Part shown: positions 1 to 10,302 of the stretch, in pieces | How positions within the stretch are numbered: the first letter of the stretch is position 1 | Layout of the letters: every line of letters begins with the position of its first letter | Source of the DNA: an uncultured delta proteobacterium | GTDB taxonomy: Bacteria > Desulfobacterota > Binatia > UBA9968 | Length of the DNA stretch: 64,000 nucleotides | NCBI GenBank assembly: GCA_963760795.1 | Contig: CAVXEP010000008.1 | Location: 1 to 64,000 of the forward strand | Reading direction: 5' to 3' | The notes under the pieces: model-generated | Seen by the model: the letters and a program-made list of their open reading frames with translations, nothing else | Database searches by the model: none | Told to the model about the DNA's origin: nothing | Position numbers and translations under genes: made by a program

Positions 1-327
1 AAGCAGGAGTCTAGAGTGATAAACTTCCTGCGCGCTTATCTCGAAGCGATCAAGATTCTCAAAACCGAACGGGAGTATTCGGTTAAGGCGTTAGGACAAT
101 TCACGCGGGTCAACAATATCAAAGCGCTGCAAGAAGGCTACGACTACTTCGTCAATAAGCTGGCGAATGTTCCCTATCCCTCGGTGGAAGCGATGCAAGC
201 GGTCGTCGCCCAGATCGCCGAGACCAATCCCAAAGCGCGCGGCATCGACGCCAAGGTTTACGTCAACGATCGTTATCTGAAGCGGTTGGAAGAAGAAGGA
301 TTCGTGAAAAAGCTTTGGGGCCGATGA
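1..327 (+). CDS. NMT1/SsuA-type ABC substrate-binding protein, C-terminal part (5' end outside window)
   Basis: C-terminus (NFLRAYLEAIKILK...YVNDRYLKRLEEEGFVKKLW) resembles the other SBP paralogs in the window. Confidence 0.75.
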   Translation, partial: KQESRVINFLRAYLEAIKILKTEREYSVKALGQFTRVNNIKALQEGYDYFVNKLANVPYPSVEAMQAVVAQIAETNPKARGIDAKVYVNDRYLKRLEEEGFVKKLWGR

Positions 328-422
328 AGTATGAGCGATCCGGTTTTACGACACCGCTCCACAAAGAGCTGATCGCACTCGCTAGGTTGTCGTCGAGATG
401 ATATGGGCGGGATTCGCAATGG

Positions 423-1641
423 CTAGCGTAAGTAATCTATCGGCTTGATCTGCCATTTCTCTGGAGACTCGCAACTGACGATGCCATAAGGATTCCCTGC
501 GTTGATTTGACCTTTAAGGACAATATCGAATGGCACAAGCCTCAATGCTTTTTTGACGTCATAAACTGCGCGTACCACCGGGTGAAGTAGGTTTTTTTCG
601 CCGTGGCCGACCACTATAGCTAATAAGGAATTTTCCAGACGAACCAGAGTGCCGATCGGATAGATGCCAATATGCGCGATAAACTTCTCGACCAGTTCGC
701 GATTCAAGTAGCTTGGGCTCCACTCATACAATTTTTTTAGCGCCGCGGTGGGCGGCAGGGCGTTTTTGTAGCACCGTTCAGAGCTCAGAGCATCGTAGAT
801 ATCGACGATTGCAGCTATATTGGCCAAATTCACTGATTTCGTCTCCCTTCAATCCTGCCGGGTAGCCAGTGCCGTCCAGCCGTTCGTGATGATGCGAGGT
901 CACGCAGGTGCAGTCCTGATCGAGGTTGGGATATTGCTCAAGCGTTGTCTCGCCATCTTTGACATGACGCTTCATGACTTCGAATTCTTTTTCGGAGAGA
1001 GGTCCCGGTTTATTGAGGATATCCAGCGGCACTTTCATTTTACCGATGTCATGCAATAAGCCGCCGATGCCGATTTGCTTGATCTGTGCGGCTTCGAAAC
1101 CAAGTCCTTGAGCGAAAGAGATGCACAGGGCGGACACCGAAATCGAGTGCACATAGGTGTACTCATCGACCTCTTTGATGCGTCGCCGACTCACCAACGC
1201 ATCTTTGTTCCACAACACCGAGCTCACCATCTGGTCGACGATGCTTTCAACTTGGTGCATCTCCATGCGCTGACCAAGCCTGACGTTATGCATGAGCTTT
1301 TGCGTAGTTAGTTTTGCCTCACTGATCAGCTGTTTCGCTCGGAAAAGTTCTTTTTTGAAGGCGCGGCTGTCGCTCGGTCCCGCGGCGGGGACGCTGAGTT
1401 GGTCAAATTCGTCTTGAATTTCCTGATCCGCTTCCCGCTGTGTCGGCGCGTCATCGATGTCCAACCCTTTGTCGGTGTCGATGTAGAGTTCGCGGATGCC
1501 GTACTTAAGAACTTTCTGAATCTGTTTGTCAGTCTTGAGCTTGGTGCGGTCGGTGAGGAACGGATGATGCAACCATCCGCAATTGAAATCGTGAACAAAT
1601 ACCCCGGGTTTTAGTTGCTCAACTTTGATTTTTTTGATCAT
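423..1641 (-). CDS. HD-GYP c-di-GMP phosphodiesterase with DUF3391-like N-terminus (frameshift near 815-830)
   Basis: LLHDIGK and HHERLDGTGYP in ORF 778-1683; the continuation IAAIVDIYDALSSERCYK...GIYPIG is in ORF 423-833; likely start MIKKIKVEQLKPG at 1641. Confidence 0.85.
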
Positions 1642-1825
1642 GACAGTGGCCGGAGATAACCTCAATAATTGTATCGGCGGCAATTAGATAAGCTTTATTG
1701 AGGCGGATGCCGGCGCTCCGGTGCCGCAACGTCATCTTGCACGATAGCGCATTCGGAATTATGGTAATTTTAAGAAAGCATGGCAGACTGATCTGAGTTG
1801 CGTAAGTGAGGTTGGGGAGGTATCG

Positions 1826-2903
1826 ATGAAGGCGTTGCGTAGACTAGGTTATTGCGGTTTCGTGCATGGATGCTTGATTGGGCTCGCGGCGCTCTTGGTC
1901 GTCGGTCAGGCGTTTGCCCAAGCCGACTTCTACAAAGGTAAAACCACCATTAAGGTCGTCCGCGGCGGCGGACCCGGCGGCTCGGGCGAGTTTCAGACCA
2001 GGGCGCTGGTGAAGTTTCTCGAAAAGTATATTCCCGGCAAACCCGCATATCATCGTTGAATTTATCGAGGGCGCGGCGGGAAGAAAAGCTGCCAACGTCA
2101 TATACAGCACGACCAAACCCGATGGACTGACCATCGGCTCCATTGGCGCGGGACTGGTGGTCGGGCCGATCTTGGGACTGCCGGGCAGCGCCTACGATCT
2201 CGATAAGTTTATTTACCTGGGCTCCACCGACGGCGGCGACCCCTATGTGTTCTACACCAAAGGGGAAATGGGTTCGGATTCTCTCGCCAAACTCCGCGCC
2301 GCCAGCGGCGTCGGATTCGGCGCCCACTCGGTCGGCCATCCGGTTTACGTCACGGGGCGCATGGCCGCATATCTGCTCGGTTTGAAGGAGCCCAAGTTCG
2401 TCACCGGCTTCACCGGACCGGAGATTTACATAGCGATCGACCGCGGCGAGCTCGACGCCCATGCCACCGGCGCGGCCCGATTCGTGATCGAGAAACCGGA
2501 GTGGATCGAAAAGAAGCAGATCCATCTCCACGCTACGCTGACGGTGCCCAAGGGGCGCCATCATCCAAGCCTTCGCGCAATTGCCGGAATTTGGCACATT
2601 CGCCAAGACCGATACCGAGCGGAAATTGCTCGACATGTTCCGCGCCTTCCAATATCCGCGCTGGCCCTACATATTCCCTCCCGGCACGCCCAAAGATCGC
2701 GTCCAGATCATCCGTGACGCAATGAACAAGTCCTTCGCCGACCCGGAATTTCCCGTCGAGTTTAAAAAATTAATGGGCGACGGCCCCGCGCCCCTCAGTG
2801 GCGAAGAGCTGGAGCGCGCAATTAAGGAATTGCCGCGCGACAAAGAGGTCGTGCAGCTGTATCAGAAGCTCGCCGGGGCGTGATCCGCTGCCGGCGTCGG
2901 TGA
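1826..2903 (+). CDS. Bug/TctC-family tricarboxylate-binding protein (several frameshifts; end approximate)
   Basis: Signal peptide, then ADFYKGKT...GPGG; later pieces KPDGLTIG, MPEFGTFA and FPPGTPKDRVQIIRDAM lie in successive frames. Confidence 0.75.
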
Positions 2904-3129
2904 TGCGGAGGGTGGGAGCCGTCTTCAGTCGAAACCTAAAAAAGTCGACACAGAAACCATGTCCTGGCCCAGCAGTGAGTGATGGTCGAGCAGACAGACA
3001 GAGATCTCGCAAAGATGCTAATGGAGCATTGTGCGAGTATGTTGTTATTTCGCGTGAATGGATTTCGCTGACAAACGGTTGTTTTAGGCCGCACGAACTC
3101 CACTGCACCGCGTCGACGTACATCTGCCA

Positions 3130-3633
3130 ATGAAACTGCTGACCCTCGCCTTCTCAATTGTCCACGGATGTATGGCGGCTCTTTTCGCTTGCGCTGCGCT
3201 CATCCTCATCATTATCGCGACGAAAGCGGCCTGGATTGCTTTTGCCGGTGGCTTGGGCCGGGCGGCCGCACAGGAGATCATAGAAGTCGTAGGACTGTTG
3301 GCTGCCGCAGTCGTGGCGCTCCAGATCGCGCAGACGATCGTTGAAGAAGAGGTCGTGCGCGATGCTCATATCAGCGGCCCCACCCGTGTACGCCGCTTCC
3401 TATCGAGGTTCCTGGTAGTCGTCGTTGTGGCAATTGCTATCGAGGGACTCGTGGCGACCTTCCGCGCAGCACATGAAGATTCGGCGCAGCTGATCTACGC
3501 GGCCAGCATTTTGGTGGCAGCTGGCGTTCTGCTCACCGCCTGGGGTATTTTTATACGTCTAAATCGCTATGCGGAAGAGCTTGAGCCCGAAGCCATGGCT
3601 GAAGCCAAACGTGAGGATAAGAAGCTTGAGTAG
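3130..3633 (+). CDS. 4-TM membrane protein (PsiE-like), probable integron cassette ORF
   Basis: Four hydrophobic segments; flanked by a cassette-like 5' end and an attC-like site. Confidence 0.65.
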   Translation: MKLLTLAFSIVHGCMAALFACAALILIIIATKAAWIAFAGGLGRAAAQEIIEVVGLLAAAVVALQIAQTIVEEEVVRDAHISGPTRVRRFLSRFLVVVVVAIAIEGLVATFRAAHEDSAQLIYAASILVAAGVLLTAWGIFIRLNRYAEELEPEAMAEAKREDKKLE

Positions 3634-3647
3634 TCCTGCCGCAGTGT

Positions 3648-3705
3648 GGTTAACCCTTCGTTCCATCGGACCGCCTATGATAGCCGCTGAACTCAAAAGT
3701 TACTT
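3648..3705 (+). mobile_element. Degenerate attC (59-base element)-like site
   Basis: GGTTAAC-ccttc-GTTCCATC...GCTGAACT-caaaa-GTTACTT, 58 bp, just after the stop codon; matching TTAGGCCGCAC at 3084-3094. Confidence 0.6.
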
Positions 3706-3762
3706 AGGATGGATTTAGTTTTCGATTCGTTAGAAAGCTCGTGAACGCGAAGCTCTGACTGT

Positions 3763-4577
3763 CTAGTTCGCAAGAAAATCCAGCACCAGCTTCGCGGTCT
3801 CTTGCGGCTTTTCCGCCGGTGCGCTGTGGCCGGCGCCGCTGACGATACTCAAATCTTCGCATTCGGTATCAGCTTGGCATAGGTCTCGCCGTGAGAGCGC
3901 GGCACGAAGCCGTCTTTTTCGCCCCAGACGACCAGCGCCGGCGCAGTGATGCGGTGCAGGCGGTTTCGCAGCGGGCGATTGTAGAAATACGGCGGCTTGA
4001 AGCCAATGCGTGAGCTGAGGCGCAGCATTTGATAGCGGCGCACTTCGTCTTCGAACTCGCCCTTGCCGTCGGGGAACATATCGAGCGCATTCGCCTGGGT
4101 CGCACTGGCGAAAAGCATTTCGCGCAGGGTCGCATAGCTCGAACCGAACTCCGGCTGGGCGTTCATGAAGATATCGCCGATCAGCGCGCCCTCGACGAAT
4201 AGGCCGGTGGCGCCGATCAGAACCAGTTTGCGGATCTTCTCTGGATGGCGCACGGCGAGTTCGGCGGCGATCCAGCCGCCGAGGCAGTGGCCGACGAGAT
4301 CGAATTTATCGAGCTTCAAGGCATCGATCACTTCGAGGTAGTGAAAGATCACGTCTTCGATGACGTCGATGTCTTTGTTCTCGTCGCTCTGGGCGCAGCC
4401 GGGATGCGCCGGGGCGATGACGCGAGCGCTTTTCGCCACCTGTTCATGAAACGGCATCCAGCTCTCTTTGAACGCATGCACGTCGGCGAAACCGTGCAGG
4501 TAAACCAGCGGCGCGCCGCTGCCGTTTTCCAGGAGCCAAACTTTTCGTCCGTTGACTGTCAAGATGCGACCGCTCAT
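3763..4577 (-). CDS. Alpha/beta hydrolase (frameshift near 3850)
   Basis: LHGF, GHCLGG nucleophile elbow, VVWGEKDG; the catalytic-His segment GAGHSAPAEKP...LAN* continues in another frame to 3763. Confidence 0.85.
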
Positions 4578-5820
4578 TAGTGCACCGCCTGTGCCGATTG
4601 CTCGATGTTCATGCCGGGAAATTCTTTAGTGAACTGTTGGCTGAATCGTGGCGCAGGATCGGCGCGACTTTTTCGGCGAACAGCTTCATGCTTTTCCGCG
4701 CCAGATGATCCGGCATGTTGCCGAACTGGAACTGAATCAGCAGATTGCCGACCTTGGCTCGTTCGATCAATGCGCGGATGCGCGCGGCAACGGTCTCCGG
4801 GCTGCCGACGATGATCGACTGGGAAGCTTCGAGCTCTTCCCAGTTTTCCACGTCGCCCAGGAGCTTGCGGCCGGGCTTATAGCCTTTCATATACTCGCGC
4901 CAGGCGGCGGCGGGGATGTAGGGCACGCCGGGACCGTAGGTCAGTTGGCGGCCTTCCTTGCGCAGGTGGCCCTTCAAACAGTTTTTCAAGAAATACCAGA
5001 CGCCTTCTTCGCATTCCTCGCGCGCCTGCTGGTCGGTGTCGGCGACGTAGATCGACATCAGGATACCGAAGCTGAAAGGATGATACTTGTCGTCGTGATC
5101 TTCCAAGACCTTGGCGAACTCTTGCTGCGCGCGATGGGTTTCGCCGCCGTGGCTGCGCGACGAGAGAAAGTAGCAGTAGCCGCGTTTGGCGACTTCGGTC
5201 ATGGTCGACGGGCTGCGCGAGCCGGGAATCCACACCGGCGGATAGGGTTTTTGCAGCGGCTTGGGCCAAAGATTGACATAGCGCAGCGGATAGTAGCGGC
5301 CTTCGTGGGCAAACGGTCCGTCGTCGGTCCACGAGCGCACGATTAAGTCCGCCGCTTCCCAGAACTTTTCCCTGGTGTTGGCCGACGGTATATCGTAGTT
5401 GAACGTCTCAGGGCCGCCGCCGGGGGCAAAACCGGCGATCAACCGGCCGTTGCTCATCTGGTCGAGCATGGCGTACTCCTCGGCGACGCGCATGGGATTC
5501 AAATGCAGCGGCAAGAGATTTCCCAGGATGACGATCTTGCCGCGGGAGGAGCATTGCGTGAGCGCCGAGGCGATCATGTTGGGCGACGGCATCAAGCCGT
5601 AAATATTTTGATGATGCTCGTTGAGCACCATGCCGTCGAAACCCAGCTCGTCGGCGAGCGCGAGCTGATCGATATACTCTTGATAGAGGCCGCGGGCCTG
5701 GTTGTTGTCCCAGAGCTTATTGGGCGTGGTCACCCAACCGCTATGACCGGACTTGTCGAAGTCTTTGTCGAGATAGGGATAGGCCATGAAATGCCAGCAG
5801 AACAACTGAACTGGTTGCAT
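4577..5820 (-). CDS. LLM-class flavin-dependent oxidoreductase (C-terminal frameshift near 4640)
   Basis: ADELGFDGMVLNEHH, PMRVAEEYAMLDQMSNGRL, PKPLQKPYPPVW; the probable true stop overlaps the next ATG (TAATG at 4575-4579). Confidence 0.9.
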
Positions 5821-5958
5821 TGTTCACCTCGCGGGAGCGTTTAGGATTCGTGGCGAAATTTTTCTCGACTATAGCGACAAAGATCGGCGCAGCGCAACTG
5901 GAATCCAGCGCCGGTTTCGTCCGGCGAGATCGGCAGTTGCCGCACTCTTGGCTCGCAA

Positions 5959-7734
5959 ATGCGCGGGTCGGAGAGTAGAATCGCAATCCGACTAGGAACG
6001 ATCGTGCAATCAGCTTTGATACTGAAACTCGTCGCGTTGTTATTCGTTGCCGTCGGCTGCTCGGGGAGCGAGGCCGACTACGCTCGCTCGTTGGCGGTCA
6101 AGACTGCCGCCGATACCGTCCTGCGCGGTGGCAAGATCATTACCGTCGATGGCGCCTTCTCGATCAAACAAGCTGTGGCGATCAGGGATGGCCGCTTCGT
6201 CGCTGTCGGCAGCGATGGCGAGATCCGTGACTACATCGGCCCCGGCACGCGCGTCATTGATTTGTTCGGGCGCTCGGTAATCCCAGGGTTGATCGATTCG
6301 CATATTCACGCGACGGTGGCGGGGTTGAACTGGGACGCGGAGCTTCACTGGGAGCTCAACCACACCCTCGCCGATGGCCTGCGGCAAATCGCCACGGCGA
6401 CCAAGCGCAAAGCGCCGGGCAATTGGATCGTGGTCGGCGGCGGTTGGGTGCCGACGCAGTTTGCCGAGAGGCGATTCCCGACACGGGACGAACTCGATAC
6501 GCTGGCGCCGGATCATCCGGTGTACATCCAATACTTGCGGCAAGGCGCGCTGCTCAATAGCGCCGCGTTGGCCGCGCTCGGCATTACGAGTAAGACGGGC
6601 GACCCGGCTGGCGGCAGGTTCGAACGCAATCCCAATACCGGAGTTCTCACCGGCTGGTTGCAGGGCGTGGCGGCATGGGAGTTTGCCTACAACAAAATCC
6701 CCCGCCTTTCCCTAGCTGAAGCGCGGCAGAGTCTGCGCAACTGTTTCCGTGAATTGAATCGATTGGCAGTGACTTCGGTGGGCGATCTCCACACCGGCGG
6801 AGTAAATTTCGCCCATCGGCGTCTGCTCGCCGACATGGCGCGCACGGGCGATCTCAGTTTGCGGGTCAACTACTACATCGCGCCCACCGAGCCCGGCGAC
6901 GAGTTGGAGCAATTGAAGTTAGGCGCCGAGGAGATTAAGAACCTCGGCCATCATGAGCTGTTCCGCTTCGCCGGATTCGCCGAGACGCTGGTGCGCGGCA
7001 GCGGCGACGGCGATGTCTTGTCGAATCCGCAAGGCGTGCAGATTTCTCCGGAAGCGAAGGAGAAATTTCGCCGTATCTTGCGCTATTTCGCCGAGGCTGG
7101 TCATAGCTTTCATTTACACACGACCCAGGACAACACGGCGCGCCAGTTGTTGGACGTGATCGAGCAGGTTCATGCGACGACGCCGTTGTCGCGCCAGCGC
7201 ATAGTTTTTGCCCATCTCGAAGACGCGACGGTGGAAACCCTCGCGCGGATCAAGCATCTCGGCGGCGGCATCGCGGTGCAGGACCGCTTGGTCCTCACCG
7301 CCGAACGCAATGTCGAGTTATGGGGCGAAGCGAAGACGCGCCAAGCGCCACCGCTGCGGACGATGCTCGACAGCGGCATTCCGGTCGGCGCCGGCACCGA
7401 CGCGTTTCGTTCGGCGAGTTATTCGCCGATGCTGTCGTTGTGGTGGCTGATCACGGGCAAAACGGTGGCGGGGTCGGCAATTCGCGATCCCAGTCAAAAT
7501 GTCAGCCGCGCCGAGGCCCTGCGGCTGTACACTATGGGCAGCGCTTGGATGACCTCGGACGAAGGACGCAAAGGCTCCATCGAAGTCGGCAAGTTCGCCG
7601 ACCTGGCGGTACTCAACGCCGATTACTTAACCGTACCGCAGGAGCAGATTCGTTCGTTGGCATCGCTGCTGACGATGGTCGGCGGACAGGTTGTCTATGG
7701 CGCCGGACCTTATGCCGCAATGGCGGCGAAATGA
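5959..7734 (+). CDS. Amidohydrolase_3 (YtcJ-like) metal-dependent hydrolase, possible lipoprotein (start may be ~6004)
   Basis: PGLIDSHIH, HLH, AHLE, GTD, KGSIEVGKFADLAVL; N-terminal LLFVAVGC. Confidence 0.88.
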   Translation: MRGSESRIAIRLGTIVQSALILKLVALLFVAVGCSGSEADYARSLAVKTAADTVLRGGKIITVDGAFSIKQAVAIRDGRFVAVGSDGEIRDYIGPGTRVIDLFGRSVIPGLIDSHIHATVAGLNWDAELHWELNHTLADGLRQIATATKRKAPGNWIVVGGGWVPTQFAERRFPTRDELDTLAPDHPVYIQYLRQGALLNSAALAALGITSKTGDPAGGRFERNPNTGVLTGWLQGVAAWEFAYNKIPRLSLAEARQSLRNCFRELNRLAVTSVGDLHTGGVNFAHRRLLADMARTGDLSLRVNYYIAPTEPGDELEQLKLGAEEIKNLGHHELFRFAGFAETLVRGSGDGDVLSNPQGVQISPEAKEKFRRILRYFAEAGHSFHLHTTQDNTARQLLDVIEQVHATTPLSRQRIVFAHLEDATVETLARIKHLGGGIAVQDRLVLTAERNVELWGEAKTRQAPPLRTMLDSGIPVGAGTDAFRSASYSPMLSLWWLITGKTVAGSAIRDPSQNVSRAEALRLYTMGSAWMTSDEGRKGSIEVGKFADLAVLNADYLTVPQEQIRSLASLLTMVGGQVVYGAGPYAAMAAK

Positions 7735-7769
7735 TTCGATGGCAAGATTTAGAAGTTAGCGGAGGTTGT

Positions 7770-8720
7770 ATGCGGCAAATTCGCTATTGGACTGTCGGTC
7801 TTTTAATTACGCTGGCACTTAGCGTAAGCCAAAGCGCATTGGCGGCGGCGCGTTTCTACATCAGCATTCCCGGTCCGACGCTGAGCTACGCGCACCTTTA
7901 CTACGGCCAGGAGCGCGGTTTCTTTAGCCAGGAAGGATTGGACTTGCAAGTTTTGGTGGTGCGCGGTGTGATTGGCTTGAGCAGCTTGATGTCCGGCGAG
8001 ATCGATGTCACTTGCCATGCCGGCAGCGGTCTGGCGGCGGCGCTGCGCGGTTTGCCGATCAAGATTGTCAATGTCACTCACGACCGGCCGGTGCATGACC
8101 TGATCGTCCACCCGTCCATCGTGACGCCGGGCGACTTGAAGGGCAAAGCGATCGCCGTCGGCTCGTTGGAGGGGACCGCCGCGGTGATCGCTCGGCGGGT
8201 CTTGCAAGCCAAAGGACTCGACGCCCAGAAAGACGTGACACTATTAAGCATGGATTCGCCGGCGCGGTTGCAGTCGCTCTTGAGCGGCCGAGTCGCCGCG
8301 GGATTGGTGACGCCGCCGACAACTTATTTAGCCATGGACCGCGGTTTTCGCACTATGGCGCGCGGCCGCGATCATATTCGCTATTTACAAACCGGCGTGG
8401 TGGCGACCGATACGGCGATCAAACAGAAACGCACCAACATCGTTCGATTCCTACGCGGCTGGAATCGCGCCTTGAAATTTTACCAGGAAAACCCGGAAGC
8501 GATGATACCCTACATTCAAAAGAAACTGGCGGTCAGCGATGCCAAAATGGCGCGGCGTATGTATGACGAGGATCGCGAAATCATTTCACTCACCGGGATT
8601 CTAAACAACGATGCGGCGCGCGAAATTCTCGACACCGCCAGAGAAGCGTTGCGTATTAAGGAGCCGGTGGCGGTGGAAAAGGTTTTTGACTTTTCCCTCG
8701 GCGCGGAAGCTCTCCGTTAA
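7770..8720 (+). CDS. NMT1/SsuA-type substrate-binding protein
   Basis: GGAGG RBS, signal peptide, GFFSQEGLDL, DLKGKAIAV, FDFS C-terminus. Confidence 0.85.
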   Translation: MRQIRYWTVGLLITLALSVSQSALAAARFYISIPGPTLSYAHLYYGQERGFFSQEGLDLQVLVVRGVIGLSSLMSGEIDVTCHAGSGLAAALRGLPIKIVNVTHDRPVHDLIVHPSIVTPGDLKGKAIAVGSLEGTAAVIARRVLQAKGLDAQKDVTLLSMDSPARLQSLLSGRVAAGLVTPPTTYLAMDRGFRTMARGRDHIRYLQTGVVATDTAIKQKRTNIVRFLRGWNRALKFYQENPEAMIPYIQKKLAVSDAKMARRMYDEDREIISLTGILNNDAAREILDTAREALRIKEPVAVEKVFDFSLGAEALR

Positions 8721-8769
8721 GGAACCGCTGGTTATCTTGCTTATGGTAAAAGCGTAGAGACTTCGGAAA

Positions 8770-9969
8770 ATGTCCGTAGACGATCATGGGTCACAACTCC
8801 ATCGGTTCCAGTCGGCGGAGCGCGTGCTCTTGGTCGGCTGTGCAGCGCTGCTGGGCTTAGTGGTGATCTTCGGCAGCTTGTTGCTGGTTCGTCATGAGCA
8901 ACAATACGTCCGGCTGGCCGAATCTTTTCTCAGCGGAAAACTCCATCTGCTTGTCGAGCTGCCCGAGCATTTGCACGACACCGCGCTCTACGGCGGTCGA
9001 TATTATTGGCCGCTGGGGCCGTTGCCCGCGGTGCTGCTGATGCCTTTTGTGCTGGTCTGTCGCTGGATCGGCGTCGAATTTTACCAGGCCTATGCGTCGC
9101 TGCCGCTTTCGCTTTGGACTGGCTGGCTAATTTTTCGGCTAGCGTCGAAGTGCGGCCGCAGTAAAGTAGAATCGGCTTGGCTAGCGCTCGCGTTCTGCGG
9201 TGCGTCATCTTATCCCAGCGTGGCGGCGATCTCGATGAGTTGGCCGTTTGCCCAGGTGGTGGCGATCCATCTGCTTTTTCTTGCCCTGCATGAGTGGCTT
9301 GGCCAGAAGCGCTGGCTGGTCATCGGACTTCTCTTGGGTTTGACGGCGGCCACCCGTTTGTCCGCTGGTTTGAACATAGGCTTATTCGCCGCCGCAGCGT
9401 TGATGACCGAGCCCCAGGCTAGAAAAAAAGCTTGGGTGTCGCTGACGCTGGGCTTCGCCGTGCCAATCGCGTTCCTGGCCTTGTACAACTTTGCTCGATT
9501 CGACTCAGTTCTAGAAACCGGATACGGTTTACAGCCGCCGGGACCGGGTGACTTCCCGTCAACATCGCTTGCCAACGTGCTGCCGCACTTGAATCTGTTT
9601 CTTTTCGGACCGCCGGCGCTGTCAGACAAATTTCCGTTTGTCATCACCCAAGCCATCGGCATGAGCGTCTTCCTGCTTTCGCCCTGGTTCTGCTATCTCG
9701 GTTCGCTGAAGCTGGACCGGGTCTCTTTCGTTGCTCTGCTGAATTGCCTGGTTGTGCTGGTGGCAGTACTTGCCTGGCGTTCCAACGGTCAGTTCCAATT
9801 GGGCTATCGATTTTCGTTGGATTTTCTACCGGTCGTGATCTTTTTGATCGCGCGCAATGGATTTCACGGCGGTCCGGTGCCGGTAGGGTTCAAGCTGCTC
9901 ACGGTTCTCGGTTTCGTGTTCACTCTGTATTTTCTGTGGAGTTTTATCGCAATAGTTCCACACAGGTGA
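8770..9969 (+). CDS. Polytopic membrane protein, GT-C glycosyltransferase-like
   Basis: About 10 TM segments; YWPLGPLPAVL, LYNFARF..GY and GYRFSLDFLP motifs. Confidence 0.55.
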   Translation: MSVDDHGSQLHRFQSAERVLLVGCAALLGLVVIFGSLLLVRHEQQYVRLAESFLSGKLHLLVELPEHLHDTALYGGRYYWPLGPLPAVLLMPFVLVCRWIGVEFYQAYASLPLSLWTGWLIFRLASKCGRSKVESAWLALAFCGASSYPSVAAISMSWPFAQVVAIHLLFLALHEWLGQKRWLVIGLLLGLTAATRLSAGLNIGLFAAAALMTEPQARKKAWVSLTLGFAVPIAFLALYNFARFDSVLETGYGLQPPGPGDFPSTSLANVLPHLNLFLFGPPALSDKFPFVITQAIGMSVFLLSPWFCYLGSLKLDRVSFVALLNCLVVLVAVLAWRSNGQFQLGYRFSLDFLPVVIFLIARNGFHGGPVPVGFKLLTVLGFVFTLYFLWSFIAIVPHR

Positions 9970-10009
9970 AAACTGTTTCTCAAAGACTCGCAGCAAAATA
10001 ATTTTTGGG

Positions 10010-10210
10010 TTACGATTTCTTAACCGCCGCGCGCAGAAAGCTGTAGTCGACGATGTCGGACTTTGGAATCGATTCGTGATCCTCGCTGGGTCTTGGCTTC
10101 GTCGATGGCGGCTTGCAACGAGCTGTCTTCGACGAAGCCGTCCTGGGCGAAGGCGTCGACCAGATTTTTTCTCGGCGAATGAGATAAAGCGGGCGCGTTC
10201 CGTAGCTCAT
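10010..10210 (-). pseudogene. Remnant C-terminus of an NMT1-type SBP
   Basis: AFAQDGFVEDSSLQAAIDEAK and IVDYSFLRAAVKKS* in two frames; no N-terminal part. Confidence 0.6.
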
Positions 10211-10302
10211 CCTTGAACGTTGGCAGGAGCAATTGCAGGCATGCTTGCAAAGCCGAATTGAAACTCGTAGTTCTGGCTGAAATGACCGGCACAGAGGTAA
10301 GC

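Noticed and set aside
7320-7769. N-terminal extension of the SBP ORF
   Set aside because: Overlaps the amidohydrolase in another frame; RBS and signal peptide place the start at 7770
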